From assembly GCA_022798855.1 (NCBI GenBank), contig JAAWNI010000001.1, positions 1-48,493 on the forward strand: 48,493 nt of DNA. The letters run 5' to 3'. Positions 1 through 8,676 of the stretch are shown here, one piece after another (the first letter of the stretch is position 1; the number at the start of each line of letters is the position of its first letter). The notes below the pieces were generated by a model. The model had not been told where the DNA came from, searched no databases, and saw only the letters and a list, made by a program, of their open reading frames with translations. Made by a program: the position numbers and the translations under genes. The DNA comes from Lawsonibacter sp. (GTDB lineage: Bacteria > Bacillota > Clostridia > Oscillospirales > Oscillospiraceae).

Positions 1-140
1 CTCTGCCGCCTCCGCTAGATTACGAATCTGCCAGGTTAAATTTAGCCTGGAGCAGGCCTTTACCAGGATTCCAGTTGACAGAAATATTTTGTCCGGCAGG
101 CTTCTGCGCTGTGTCTGCCACTTGGTATATTGAATCCGCA

Positions 141-1238
141 TTATTTGTGGTCGATATACCCCTCGGCGCACAGCAGCTCGGCCAGCAGGACCCCACCGCC
201 GGCGGCGCCCCGGAGGGTGTTGTGGGACAGGCCCACAAACTTGTAATCGTACTGGCTGTCGGGGCGGAGGCGCCCGGCGGAGATGGCCATGCCGCCCTCC
301 AGCTCCCGCTCAGTGTGGGCCTGGGGCCGGTCGGGCTCCTCAAAGTAGTGGATGAACTGCTTGGGGGCGGAGGGGAGGCCCAGCTCCTGGGCCCGGCCCT
401 TGAAGTTCTTCCATATCTCCTTGATCTGCTCCTCAGTGGGTTTTTTGCCCTTCTGGAAGGTGACGAAGGCGGCGGCGGTGTGGCCGTCGGAAACGGGCAC
501 CCGCAGGCACTGGGCGGTGATGGCGGGGCCGTCGGCCTTGACGATCTTACCGCCCTCGATACGGCCCCACACCTTCAGGGGCTCCTGCTCACTCTTCTCC
601 TCCTCGCCGCCGATGTAGGGAATCAGGTTGTCGACCATCTCAGGCCAGCGCTCGAAGGTCTTGCCCGCCCCGGAGATGGCCTGATAGGTGCAGACCAGCA
701 CCTTCTCGATGTCATAGCCCGCCTGCATCAGGGGGGTGAGGAGGGGGGCATAGCTCTGGATGGAGCAGTTGGACTTGACGGCGATAAAGCCCCGCTTGGT
801 GCCCAGGCGCTTGCGCTGGGCGGGGATGATCTCAATGTGCTGGGGGTTCAGCTCGGGCACCACCATGGGCACGTCGTCGGTCCAGCGGTTGGCGGAGTTG
901 TTGGACACCACCGGGCACTCGGCCTTGGCGTACCGCTCCTCCAGAGCCTTGATCTCGTCCTTTTTCATGTCCACGGCGCAAAAGACGAAGTCCACCATGC
1001 CGGCAATCTTCTCCACGTCGGCCTGGGCGTCCATCACCACCAGGGACTTGGACTCCTGGGGGATGGGGGACTTCATGGCCCAGCGGCCGGCAACGGCCTC
1101 CTCGTAGGGCTTCCCGGCGGAGCGGGGGCTGGCCGCCAGGGCGGTGAGCTGGAACCAGGGGTGGTTTTCCATCAGGGTGACAAAACGCTGGCCAACCATG
1201 CCGGTGGCCCCGATAATGCCGACTTTGTACTTTTCCAT
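141..1238 (-). CDS. asd: aspartate-semialdehyde dehydrogenase
   Basis: GIIGATGMVGQRF NAD-binding motif, SNCS catalytic Cys, QAISGAG, HNTLRGAAG; ATG at 1238 preceded by GGAGG. Confidence 0.96.
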   Translation of the reverse strand: MEKYKVGIIGATGMVGQRFVTLMENHPWFQLTALAASPRSAGKPYEEAVAGRWAMKSPIPQESKSLVVMDAQADVEKIAGMVDFVFCAVDMKKDEIKALEERYAKAECPVVSNNSANRWTDDVPMVVPELNPQHIEIIPAQRKRLGTKRGFIAVKSNCSIQSYAPLLTPLMQAGYDIEKVLVCTYQAISGAGKTFERWPEMVDNLIPYIGGEEEKSEQEPLKVWGRIEGGKIVKADGPAITAQCLRVPVSDGHTAAAFVTFQKGKKPTEEQIKEIWKNFKGRAQELGLPSAPKQFIHYFEEPDRPQAHTERELEGGMAISAGRLRPDSQYDYKFVGLSHNTLRGAAGGGVLLAELLCAEGYIDHK

Positions 1239-1422
1239 GCCAAACAACCTCCATATAATTCCAGCCTATTCTATGCTTTCACCAAAAAAACGTTGCCTTG
1301 GAGGGCAAAAACAGGCTGGATGAAAAAAATAAATCAGCGGCTTTTCAAGCGGCTGATTTTGTACTATAATGTCGGGGAGGGCAATTTGCTTGCGCAAAGC
1401 CGCAGCCCTCCATAATGAAACT

Positions 1423-1452
1423 ATCCTACCACGGGAGCGCCCCCGTTGTCAA
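1423..1452 (-). promoter_or_regulatory. putative sigma-A promoter for asd
   Basis: minus strand TTGACA-N18-TAGGAT with TG extended -10. Confidence 0.55.
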
Positions 1453-1491
1453 TAGAAAACGCCCCTTGAAACCAGAGAAATGGAGTACATT

Positions 1492-3282
1492 ATGAGAAAA
1501 AGATTTATGCAGCTTGCCGCCGCCCTTCTGGCCGTCTGTCTGACAGCCCCCTCCGCGGGCGCCGTTACCACCAACCGGGACGGCGAGGCCATAATCCGGG
1601 TGGGGCTGGCCTCCTCCAGCACGCACGTCCCCACCGGGGAGCTGGAAGCGGCCCACCTGGAGAACAACGACGGCTATGGAGCGGGATACCGTTTCGGATA
1701 TTATGACGAAAACCGGAATTTTGTGGAGCTGGCCCGCACCGACTCCTCTACCACAAAGGTGGCGGTGCTGAAAACGGAGAACCTGTACTATGGCTACTCC
1801 TCCGAGCTGGGGAAGAACACCTACTCCGCTTCTGTCTCCAGCGGCATTCTGGTGGGCTGCGTCCACATTCAGCTGCCCGGCAGCTACGGCTCCTATCAGG
1901 AAGCGGCCGCGGCGGCGGCCGGCTATGAGGGGGGCTTTGTGGCCTGGATCAACGGCCAGTACCAGGTCCGGGTGGGGGCCTACGGCACAGGGGCCGACGC
2001 CCGGGCGGCCCAGAGCGCCCTGGGGGGGATCGGCACCGTGGTGGGTACCAGCGCATACGGCATGAGCGTGGTGGCCACCGGGACCAACCGGGTCCTGTTC
2101 CAGTACGACATGGGGGAGAACAGCCGGCTGGGCATCCAGCCCGACGTCACCGGAGCCCAAGAGGCACAGACCTGGTTCTCAGGCTTTAAATACCGGGGGG
2201 GCTTCCAGTACCACCGGCGCACCGGGGGCAACCTCACGGTGGTCAATATGGTGGAGCTGGAGGACTATGTCAACGGCGTCATCTGCTATGAGATGGGCCG
2301 GGAGTGGCCCCTGGAGGCCCTGAAAACCCAGGCGGTGTGCGCCCGCACCTATGTGCTGAAAAACCTCAACAAGCACAGCAGCTATGGCTTTGACATCTGC
2401 ACCACCTCCAGCTGCCAGGTCTACCACGGCATGGGGAGCTTGAAGGCCGACTATGGCCCCAGCCAGGCCAGCATGAAGGCGGTGGACCAGACCGCCGGCC
2501 TTGTGGCCGCGTACCGGGGCAATTTGGCGGAAATGTTCTATTCCTCCAGCTTTGGCGGGGCCAGCGAGGACGCCCACAACATCTGGGGGACCGACACCAC
2601 CAACACCCACCCGTATCTGTGCGGGGTGGTGGACCCCTATGAAGCCGATTTGGACGAGTACAATTCTTTCTCCCCCTGGACGGTGAGCTACACCTCCGCC
2701 CAGCTGGCCCAGCGGCTCCAGAGCTACGGCCGCGGGGAGGGCAGCTCCATCGACCGCCTGGAGCTGACTTACTCCAGCCTGGGCAATGTGATCAAGGTGG
2801 TGGTCTGGTGGAACAACGGCAAGAGCAGCACCATCAAGGCCAGCGATATTCGCAGCTGCTTCGGCCTTAACGCCATCCGCTTTACCGTCAATGGAGCGGG
2901 AACCAGCGGCCCCACCCCCACCATGCCGTCCGGAGGCGGTGACGTCTACATCAACGGGGCAGAGGGCGGACTGGATGGGAAATATACCATCTCCGGCACC
3001 GGGGCGGTGTCCACGGTGGGGGAGAAGCCCTATGTCATTACCGGGACAGGCTCCGTTTCCGCACTGGAGGGCAAAGAAAATACTGGGAGCGGCGGTTTCA
3101 CGTCCCAGCCGGGGCAGGGAGTGGTCACCGTCTCAGGCGGGAGCTACACCTTCAACGGCAGCGGCTGGGGCCACCAGGTGGGCATGAGCCAGTACGGCGC
3201 CAACGCCATGGCCCGCCGGGGCTTCACCTTTGACCAGATCGTCGCCTTCTATTTCCCGGGCGTTCAAGTCGCCCACTATTAA
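1492..3282 (+). CDS. secreted SpoIID/LytB-domain protein (lytic transglycosylase-like, probable SPOR-like region)
   Basis: signal peptide; VNMVELEDYVNGVICYEM...EALKTQAVCARTY; C-terminal GWGHQVGMSQYGA. Confidence 0.88.
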   Translation: MRKRFMQLAAALLAVCLTAPSAGAVTTNRDGEAIIRVGLASSSTHVPTGELEAAHLENNDGYGAGYRFGYYDENRNFVELARTDSSTTKVAVLKTENLYYGYSSELGKNTYSASVSSGILVGCVHIQLPGSYGSYQEAAAAAAGYEGGFVAWINGQYQVRVGAYGTGADARAAQSALGGIGTVVGTSAYGMSVVATGTNRVLFQYDMGENSRLGIQPDVTGAQEAQTWFSGFKYRGGFQYHRRTGGNLTVVNMVELEDYVNGVICYEMGREWPLEALKTQAVCARTYVLKNLNKHSSYGFDICTTSSCQVYHGMGSLKADYGPSQASMKAVDQTAGLVAAYRGNLAEMFYSSSFGGASEDAHNIWGTDTTNTHPYLCGVVDPYEADLDEYNSFSPWTVSYTSAQLAQRLQSYGRGEGSSIDRLELTYSSLGNVIKVVVWWNNGKSSTIKASDIRSCFGLNAIRFTVNGAGTSGPTPTMPSGGGDVYINGAEGGLDGKYTISGTGAVSTVGEKPYVITGTGSVSALEGKENTGSGGFTSQPGQGVVTVSGGSYTFNGSGWGHQVGMSQYGANAMARRGFTFDQIVAFYFPGVQVAHY

Positions 3283-3336
3283 ACCAATTCCCTGTCCGCC
3301 TGGCGGGAGGACAGGCTTACAGTGAGGTTGTACACA

Positions 3337-4380
3337 TTGAAAACTTCTGACTTTGATTTTCAGCTCCCGGAGGAGCTTATCGCCCAGACCCCTCTGGAGC
3401 GGCGGGACTCCTCCCGCCTGCTGACGCTGGATAAAAACACGGGCGCTGTGGGCCACCAGCATTTTTATGACCTGCCCCGGTTTTTGCGGCTGGGGGACTG
3501 CCTGGTGCTCAACGACTCCCGGGTGCTTCCCGCCCGGCTCATTGGCCACCGCCCCACCGGGGGAGCCTGTGAAGTACTTCTCCTTGCCGACAGGGGAGGG
3601 GACCTGTGGGAGTGCCTGGTCCGCCCCGGGCGGAAGCTGAAACCGGGGGCTCAGGTTCTCTTCGGGGACGGACAGCTCACCGCCACCGTGGAGGCGGAGC
3701 TGAACGACGGCAAACGGGCCGTCCGGTTCCACTATCAGGGGATTTTTCTGGAGATTTTGGAGCGGCTGGGCCGTATGCCCCTTCCGCCGTACATCAAGGC
3801 GGAGCTCCAGGATCAGGAGCGGTATCAGACGGTATATTCCAAGGTGGTGGGCTCCGCCGCCGCACCCACCGCAGGGCTCCATTTCACCCCCGAGCTGTTG
3901 GAGCAGGTGCGGGAAATGGGTGTAAAGGTTTGCTACGTTACACTCCATGTGGGGCTGGGCACCTTCCGCCCTGTCAAGGCGGAGGAGATTACGGACCACG
4001 AGATGCATTCTGAGTTCTGTATGATTTCCCGGGAAACCGCCGGCGTCATCAACGAGACGAAAAAGAACGGGGGCCGGATCATCTGCGTAGGCACCACCTC
4101 CTGCCGCACGGTGGAGAGCTTCGCGGCGGAGGACGGGACCATGTTGGAGCGCTCCGGCTGGACCAATATCTTCATCTATCCGGGGTACAAATTCAAGGTG
4201 CTGGACGCCCTCATCACCAATTTCCACCTGCCCCAGTCCACCCTCATCATGCTGGTGTCCGCCCTGGCCGGACGGGAGAGCATCCTGGCCGCCTATGAGA
4301 CGGCAGTGCGGGAGCGCTACCGCTTCTTTTCCTTCGGCGACGCCATGATGATAGCCGATTTTCAAGAAGGGAGTCTTTAA
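3337..4380 (+). CDS. queA: S-adenosylmethionine:tRNA ribosyltransferase-isomerase
   Basis: [51 protein letters not shown]; TTG start after GAGG. Confidence 0.97.
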   Translation: MKTSDFDFQLPEELIAQTPLERRDSSRLLTLDKNTGAVGHQHFYDLPRFLRLGDCLVLNDSRVLPARLIGHRPTGGACEVLLLADRGGDLWECLVRPGRKLKPGAQVLFGDGQLTATVEAELNDGKRAVRFHYQGIFLEILERLGRMPLPPYIKAELQDQERYQTVYSKVVGSAAAPTAGLHFTPELLEQVREMGVKVCYVTLHVGLGTFRPVKAEEITDHEMHSEFCMISRETAGVINETKKNGGRIICVGTTSCRTVESFAAEDGTMLERSGWTNIFIYPGYKFKVLDALITNFHLPQSTLIMLVSALAGRESILAAYETAVRERYRFFSFGDAMMIADFQEGSL

Positions 4381-4524
4381 ATGGAATTGACTAAGCTGCC
4401 CAACATCGGCCCGGAGCTGGCCCGGCTGCTGAACCAGGTGGATATCCGGGACTCGGAGGAGCCGAAGGAGCTGGGGGCGGAGACGGCCTGCCGAAGTAAT
4501 AAAGGAGCTTTGGAGGTTCAATGA
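4381..4524 (+). pseudogene. truncated TfoX C-terminal-domain (HhH-like) gene, 47 codons
   Basis: MELTKLPNIGPELARLLNQVDI...ELGAETA matches the start of TfoX_C proteins, then drifts into the next gene's RBS; absent from the ORF track. Confidence 0.65.
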
Positions 4525-5042
4525 AATATTATTATTTGGGACATCTTTTGGAGAAGTATTACGATGACTGCCAGAGGGGTGTTTTAAGAAACAGATGGGA
4601 TGACCACCTGGCTTTGTGGGCTCTGGATATGCTGGAGGCGGACTACAGCAGCCCGGCTCTGCTGGAGGCGGCCGGCGGCTTTAACTGGGAGCGGACTCAC
4701 GACCTGTTTGAGGCTATCCTGACCGAACTCCATATTGCGGACGATCCCTCTGTCATAGACGACGACTTTATTGATGGCATTTTTATCGAGGAATACAAAC
4801 GGGGAGCCATCGCAAGCGGATGCGAGCTTTTATTCCACAGAAATCATCTGCGCGAGAAAATCAAATTTCCATATCGAGTTCGTTTCGGGAAGTATTACCC
4901 GGATGGCGTTGAAAAACGGTTTAAGTTGGGCTGGATTACAGATGAATATTCTGACCGGACACGATATATTTGCCTTATGCATACGGAGGAGCTGGAGCGA
5001 TTTGTAACTGGCTTTTTGCGGGAAGCGGGTATTATAAGGTAA
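4521..5042 (+). CDS. hypothetical protein (possibly immunity-like)
   Basis: 173-aa ORF with GGAGG RBS, lower GC than its flanks. Confidence 0.75.
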   Translation: MKYYYLGHLLEKYYDDCQRGVLRNRWDDHLALWALDMLEADYSSPALLEAAGGFNWERTHDLFEAILTELHIADDPSVIDDDFIDGIFIEEYKRGAIASGCELLFHRNHLREKIKFPYRVRFGKYYPDGVEKRFKLGWITDEYSDRTRYICLMHTEELERFVTGFLREAGIIR

Positions 5043-5071
5043 AAAGGAACTTTCATGTAAGAGGTGATCCG

Positions 5072-5515
5072 ATGAATGTGGAGCAGGTCACAGAGGATAA
5101 AAAGCGGTATTTGCCCCTTCTGCTGCTGGCGGACGAACAGGAGAACATGATTGACCGCTATCTGGATCGGGGTGCCATGTTTGTCCTCGACGACGGCGGC
5201 GTCAAAGGGGAATGCGTGGTCACAGACGAGGGAAACGGCATTCTGGAGCTCAAAAGCTTGGCCGTTTCGCCCGACTGTCAGCGAAAAGGGTACGGAAAAG
5301 CGCTGGTCAACTATGTCGCGGCACGATATCAGGGGCAATATTCAATCCTACAGGTCGGGACGGGGGACAGCCCTTTGACGGTCCCATTCTACGAAAAATG
5401 CGGATTTGTCCGCTCCCACCGGGTGGAGGATTTTTTTGTGGATCACTATGACCACCCGATTTTTGAGGGTGGAATACAGCTCAAAGATATGATATATTTG
5501 CGAAAAGCGCTGTAG
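5072..5515 (+). CDS. GNAT family N-acetyltransferase
   Basis: LAVSPDCQRKGYGKAL acetyl-CoA motif, FYEKCGF; RBS GAGGTG. Confidence 0.9.
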   Translation: MNVEQVTEDKKRYLPLLLLADEQENMIDRYLDRGAMFVLDDGGVKGECVVTDEGNGILELKSLAVSPDCQRKGYGKALVNYVAARYQGQYSILQVGTGDSPLTVPFYEKCGFVRSHRVEDFFVDHYDHPIFEGGIQLKDMIYLRKAL

Positions 5516-5711
5516 GTGGAGTCGGCATAAAACGGGAATTAGAAATCGCGAGGTGCGGACATGGGTAAAGGGGAGACGTTCCGCTGGTGAAGAGACACCC
5601 CAATATCTCTAAAACCTTTGGGACTTGTTTTATCTGCTTCGCGCTTCTATGGCTGGCTTTGGTTTTGTTCGCGATATACTGTTAAACAGAAACAATAAAA
5701 GGAGTTTTTGC

Positions 5712-6851
5712 GTGTTTAAAGTACTGAAACAAGAGGGGAGGGCCCGGCGGGGGGCCTTCACCTGCGCCCACGGGGTGGTCCAGACCCCGGTGTTTATGAA
5801 TGTGGGCACCCAGGGGGCTATCAAAGGGGCGGTGTCCGCCCACGATTTGAAGGAGATTGGCTGTCAGGTGGAGCTGTCCAACACCTACCACCTCCACCTG
5901 CGCCCCGGGGACGGGGTAGTCCGCCAGATGGGCGGGCTCCACAAATTTATGGACTGGGACGGCCCCATGCTCACCGACAGCGGGGGCTTTCAGGTCTTCT
6001 CCCTGTCCGGCCTGCGGAAAATCACCGAGGAGGGGGTCACCTTCGCCTCCCACATCGACGGCCGGCGCATCTTTATGGGCCCGGAGGAGTCCATGCGCAT
6101 CCAGTCCAACCTGGGCAGCGACATCGCCATGGCCTTTGACGAGTGTGTGGAGAACCCGGCCCCCTACGAGTATGTAAAGTCCTCCTGCGAGCGGACGGCC
6201 CGGTGGCTGGGGCGCTGTGTTACAGAGCATGACAAGCTGAACAGCTTGTCAGGCACGGTGAACCCCCAGCAGCAGCTGTTCGGCATCAACCAGGGAGGGA
6301 CCTACGCCGACCTCCGAGTCTGGCACATGGAGGAGATCGCCAAGCTGAACTGCGACGGCTACGCCATCGGCGGCCTGGCGGTGGGGGAGCCCACCCAGGT
6401 GATGTACGACATCATTGACGCGGTGGAGCCCCACATGCCAGCGGACAAGCCCCGGTATCTCATGGGGGTGGGTACCCCCTCCAACATCATCGAGGGGGTG
6501 GCCCGGGGGGTCGACTTCTTCGACTGCGTCATGCCCGCCCGAAACGCCCGCCACGGCAAGCTGTACACCTGGAATGGGACCATCAACATCAAAAATGAGA
6601 AGTATAAGCTGGACGAGCGGCCCATTGACCCCCTGTGTACCTGTCCCGCCTGCCGGTCCTTCTCCCGGGCCTACCTGCGCCACCTGCTGACAGCGGGGGA
6701 AATGCTGGCTATGCGGCTGGCGGTGCTCCACAACCTGCACTTTTACAACGAGCTGATGGCCCGTATCCGGGAGGCTCTGGACAGCGGAACCTTCGCGGAC
6801 TTCCGGGCCCAATATTCCGGCCTGCTGGACCGGCCCGCCCCGCAAAATTGA
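5712..6851 (+). CDS. tgt: tRNA-guanine(34) transglycosylase
   Basis: NTYHLHLRPG, TDSGGFQVFSL, GYAIGGL, DCVMP, CxCxxC zinc site; GTG after AAGGAG. Confidence 0.97.
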   Translation: MFKVLKQEGRARRGAFTCAHGVVQTPVFMNVGTQGAIKGAVSAHDLKEIGCQVELSNTYHLHLRPGDGVVRQMGGLHKFMDWDGPMLTDSGGFQVFSLSGLRKITEEGVTFASHIDGRRIFMGPEESMRIQSNLGSDIAMAFDECVENPAPYEYVKSSCERTARWLGRCVTEHDKLNSLSGTVNPQQQLFGINQGGTYADLRVWHMEEIAKLNCDGYAIGGLAVGEPTQVMYDIIDAVEPHMPADKPRYLMGVGTPSNIIEGVARGVDFFDCVMPARNARHGKLYTWNGTINIKNEKYKLDERPIDPLCTCPACRSFSRAYLRHLLTAGEMLAMRLAVLHNLHFYNELMARIREALDSGTFADFRAQYSGLLDRPAPQN

Positions 6852-6877
6852 TTTCCTCGAAAATTTGACAAAAGGGC

Positions 6878-6906
6878 TTGTCAACTTGGGAAATATCCGC
6901 TATAAT
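6878..6906 (+). promoter_or_regulatory. putative sigma-A promoter for yajC
   Basis: TTGTCA-N17-TATAAT. Confidence 0.6.
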
Positions 6907-6971
6907 ACTTTCTACTGCGTCAAATAGAGATTCTGTTGACAGAGTGATTTTAAACGTTGGAGGAAAGATTT

Positions 6972-7253
6972 ATGGGTGACCCTAGTTTTATCATTTTAAT
7001 GGTAGCGATGTTCGCTATGATGTACTTCTTCATGATCCGCCCGGAGAACAAGCGGAAGAAGGAAGCCCAGAACCTTCGGGATTCCCTGAAGGTGGGGGAC
7101 GTCATCACCACCATCGGCGGCATCGTGGGCACCATCTGCAAGGTGGATGAGAGCACCATCGTCATCGAGACGGGCGCCGACCGGGTGCGCGTCGAGTTTA
7201 CCAAGTGGGCCGTGTCCACCAAAAACGTGGCCCCTGAGCAGCCCGCGAATTAA
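6972..7253 (+). CDS. yajC: preprotein translocase subunit YajC
   Basis: single TM followed by YFFMIRPENKRKKE...LKVGDVITTIGGIVG; follows tgt. Confidence 0.93.
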   Translation: MGDPSFIILMVAMFAMMYFFMIRPENKRKKEAQNLRDSLKVGDVITTIGGIVGTICKVDESTIVIETGADRVRVEFTKWAVSTKNVAPEQPAN

Positions 7254-7316
7254 AAACAGGCATGTCTTCCGCCCTCCCCGCATAGGTTTTACCAAACCAT
7301 GGGGGAGGGTGTTTTT

Positions 7317-7739
7317 ATGAAGAAGAAGGAGCGGCGTCCGGAGGAGCCGGGCAGCCAGTGGATCAGCGCTATGTGTGAGGTGCTGAAAGGGGGCGTACTG
7401 GCCGGAGTAACCGCAATCCTGACCCTGCTGGCCTGCGCGGTGCTGGTTTCCGTCGGAGTCCTGCCCGTGGGCGGGATGTATGGGGCGGTGCTGGCTGTCT
7501 GTGTTCTGGGCGCTCTGACAGGCGGGATCTTTGCCGTCCGAAAGGTGGGAAGCTGGCCGCTGCCGGCGGGGCTGGGGGTAGGCCTGGTGCTGTTTCTGCT
7601 GCTGCTGACGGCGGGGCTTATCGCCTATGAAAACGCGGGGCTGTCCAACGGCGGGGCGGGCATCCTGTGCGCCTGCCTGTGCGGCGGAGCCATCCCCGGA
7701 CTGCTGGCGAGAAAACCCAAGAAAAAAAGAAAAAGATGA
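7317..7739 (+). CDS. TIGR04086/YrzE-like membrane protein
   Basis: four hydrophobic helices, basic C-terminal tail, position between yajC and scfA. Confidence 0.75.
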   Translation: MKKKERRPEEPGSQWISAMCEVLKGGVLAGVTAILTLLACAVLVSVGVLPVGGMYGAVLAVCVLGALTGGIFAVRKVGSWPLPAGLGVGLVLFLLLLTAGLIAYENAGLSNGGAGILCACLCGGAIPGLLARKPKKKRKR

Positions 7740-7768
7740 TTGAAATTCCTGAAATCATATGCTATAAT
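7740..7768 (+). promoter_or_regulatory. putative sigma-A promoter for scfA
   Basis: TTGAAA-N17-TATAAT with TG extended -10. Confidence 0.65.
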
Positions 7769-7827
7769 GCTTTCATTATGGCAGAAAGTACATTGCCGTA
7801 AGCAATCTAGTATAGGAGGGGATACCA

Positions 7828-7968
7828 ATGAAGCACATTCAGACGCTTAACGGAGCCACTTTGAAGGCCAGCGCCGCCAAGGGCGGCTGCGGCGAGTGCC
7901 AGACCTCTTGCCAGTCCGCCTGCAAGACTTCCTGCACCGTCGCCAACCAGAAGTGTGAGAACAAGTAA
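7828..7968 (+). CDS. scfA: six-cysteine ranthipeptide SCIFF precursor (46 aa)
   Basis: MKHIQTLNGATLKASAAKGGCGECQTSCQSACKTSCTVANQKCENK; RBS AGGAGG; absent from the ORF track. Confidence 0.97.
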   Translation: MKHIQTLNGATLKASAAKGGCGECQTSCQSACKTSCTVANQKCENK

Positions 7969-7981
7969 ATCACAAAGCCTG

Positions 7982-8012
7982 AAAGGGCGGGCGCTTTCGC
8001 GCCTGCCTTTTT
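7982..8012 (+). terminator. intrinsic terminator or attenuator after scfA
   Basis: AAAGGGCGGGCGC-TTTC-GCGCCTGCCTTT followed by T's. Confidence 0.75.
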
Positions 8013-8039
8013 GCTGTGTCCGGTTATTGGGGAGGACGT

Positions 8040-8549
8040 ATGGCGAATATAATTGGAATAAATCCCCAGTCCTGTGGCTGCGGACTTCTGCAAATGAGCA
8101 ATGGGCTGACCGATGTTTTTTTGAATGTGCTGATTCTCAGCGGCTCGGCGCTGGCCAAAACCGTCTCTGAAAAACGGCTGATCGTGTGGCTGGCGGAGAA
8201 GGACCAGAGTAGGGTGGGAGCAGGAACGGTAGATTTCGACCTGTGGGAAATGCCCTGGGATTTAAATACCTTTGAAGAAGATAGGGCATTTCTGCTCCGG
8301 GTGGCCTTGGGGGCAAAAGAGCGGCTGGGCTGGGAAAAATTGAACTACCGCCCCAATGAGGACATACTGTTTCCCTGCCTGGACCACTTTTCGGAATTGA
8401 TATCCGGCTTCTCTCAAATTCAGCCGGGCGTTTTGGAGGAGTGGCTGGCGGAATCAGACCCATCTGACCCGGTGATGTCCGGGTTTCCCAGGTGTTCCAG
8501 ACATCAAACCCTGCTCTCCATTTTTGGATGCCACATCTGCAATAACTGA
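8040..8549 (+). CDS. hypothetical protein between scfA and scfB
   Basis: GGAGG RBS, 169 aa, C-terminal CxxH...CxxC. Confidence 0.75.
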   Translation: MANIIGINPQSCGCGLLQMSNGLTDVFLNVLILSGSALAKTVSEKRLIVWLAEKDQSRVGAGTVDFDLWEMPWDLNTFEEDRAFLLRVALGAKERLGWEKLNYRPNEDILFPCLDHFSELISGFSQIQPGVLEEWLAESDPSDPVMSGFPRCSRHQTLLSIFGCHICNN

Positions 8550-8592
8550 AAGGGGAGCACCGCTTATAAAATCATGCTTTCATACTATGATT

Positions 8593-8661
8593 GAGGAAAA
8601 ACGAAGTTTTCCCAAAAGTTTCTTTTTGATTCTTTTCTTTTCAAAGAAAAAGAATGCACAG
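8593..8661 (+). repeat. two-hairpin dispersed repeat, copy 1
   Basis: GAGGAAAAACGAAGTTTTCCCAAAAGTTTCTTTTTGATTCTTTTCTTTTCAAAGAAAAAGAATGCACAG; close match to 36939-37015 on the minus strand. Confidence 0.8.
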
Positions 8662-8676
8662 AAAGGAGAACATGAC

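Noticed and set aside
1345-1413. 22-codon ORF in the asd leader as an attenuator peptide
   Set aside because: MEGCGFAQANCPPRHYSTKSAA has no run of Lys, Thr or Met codons and no RBS.
1375-1415. GGGCAA...GCGCAAAGCC looks like part of a c-di-GMP-I riboswitch
   Set aside because: There is no room for the GAAA-capped stem and no second stem with a tetraloop receptor.
8524-8676. Similar N-terminal extensions on ScfB and RecN in the ORF track (EEKRSF...SFF...)
   Set aside because: Artefact of translating the shared non-coding repeat; both genes have good RBS+ATG starts after it.
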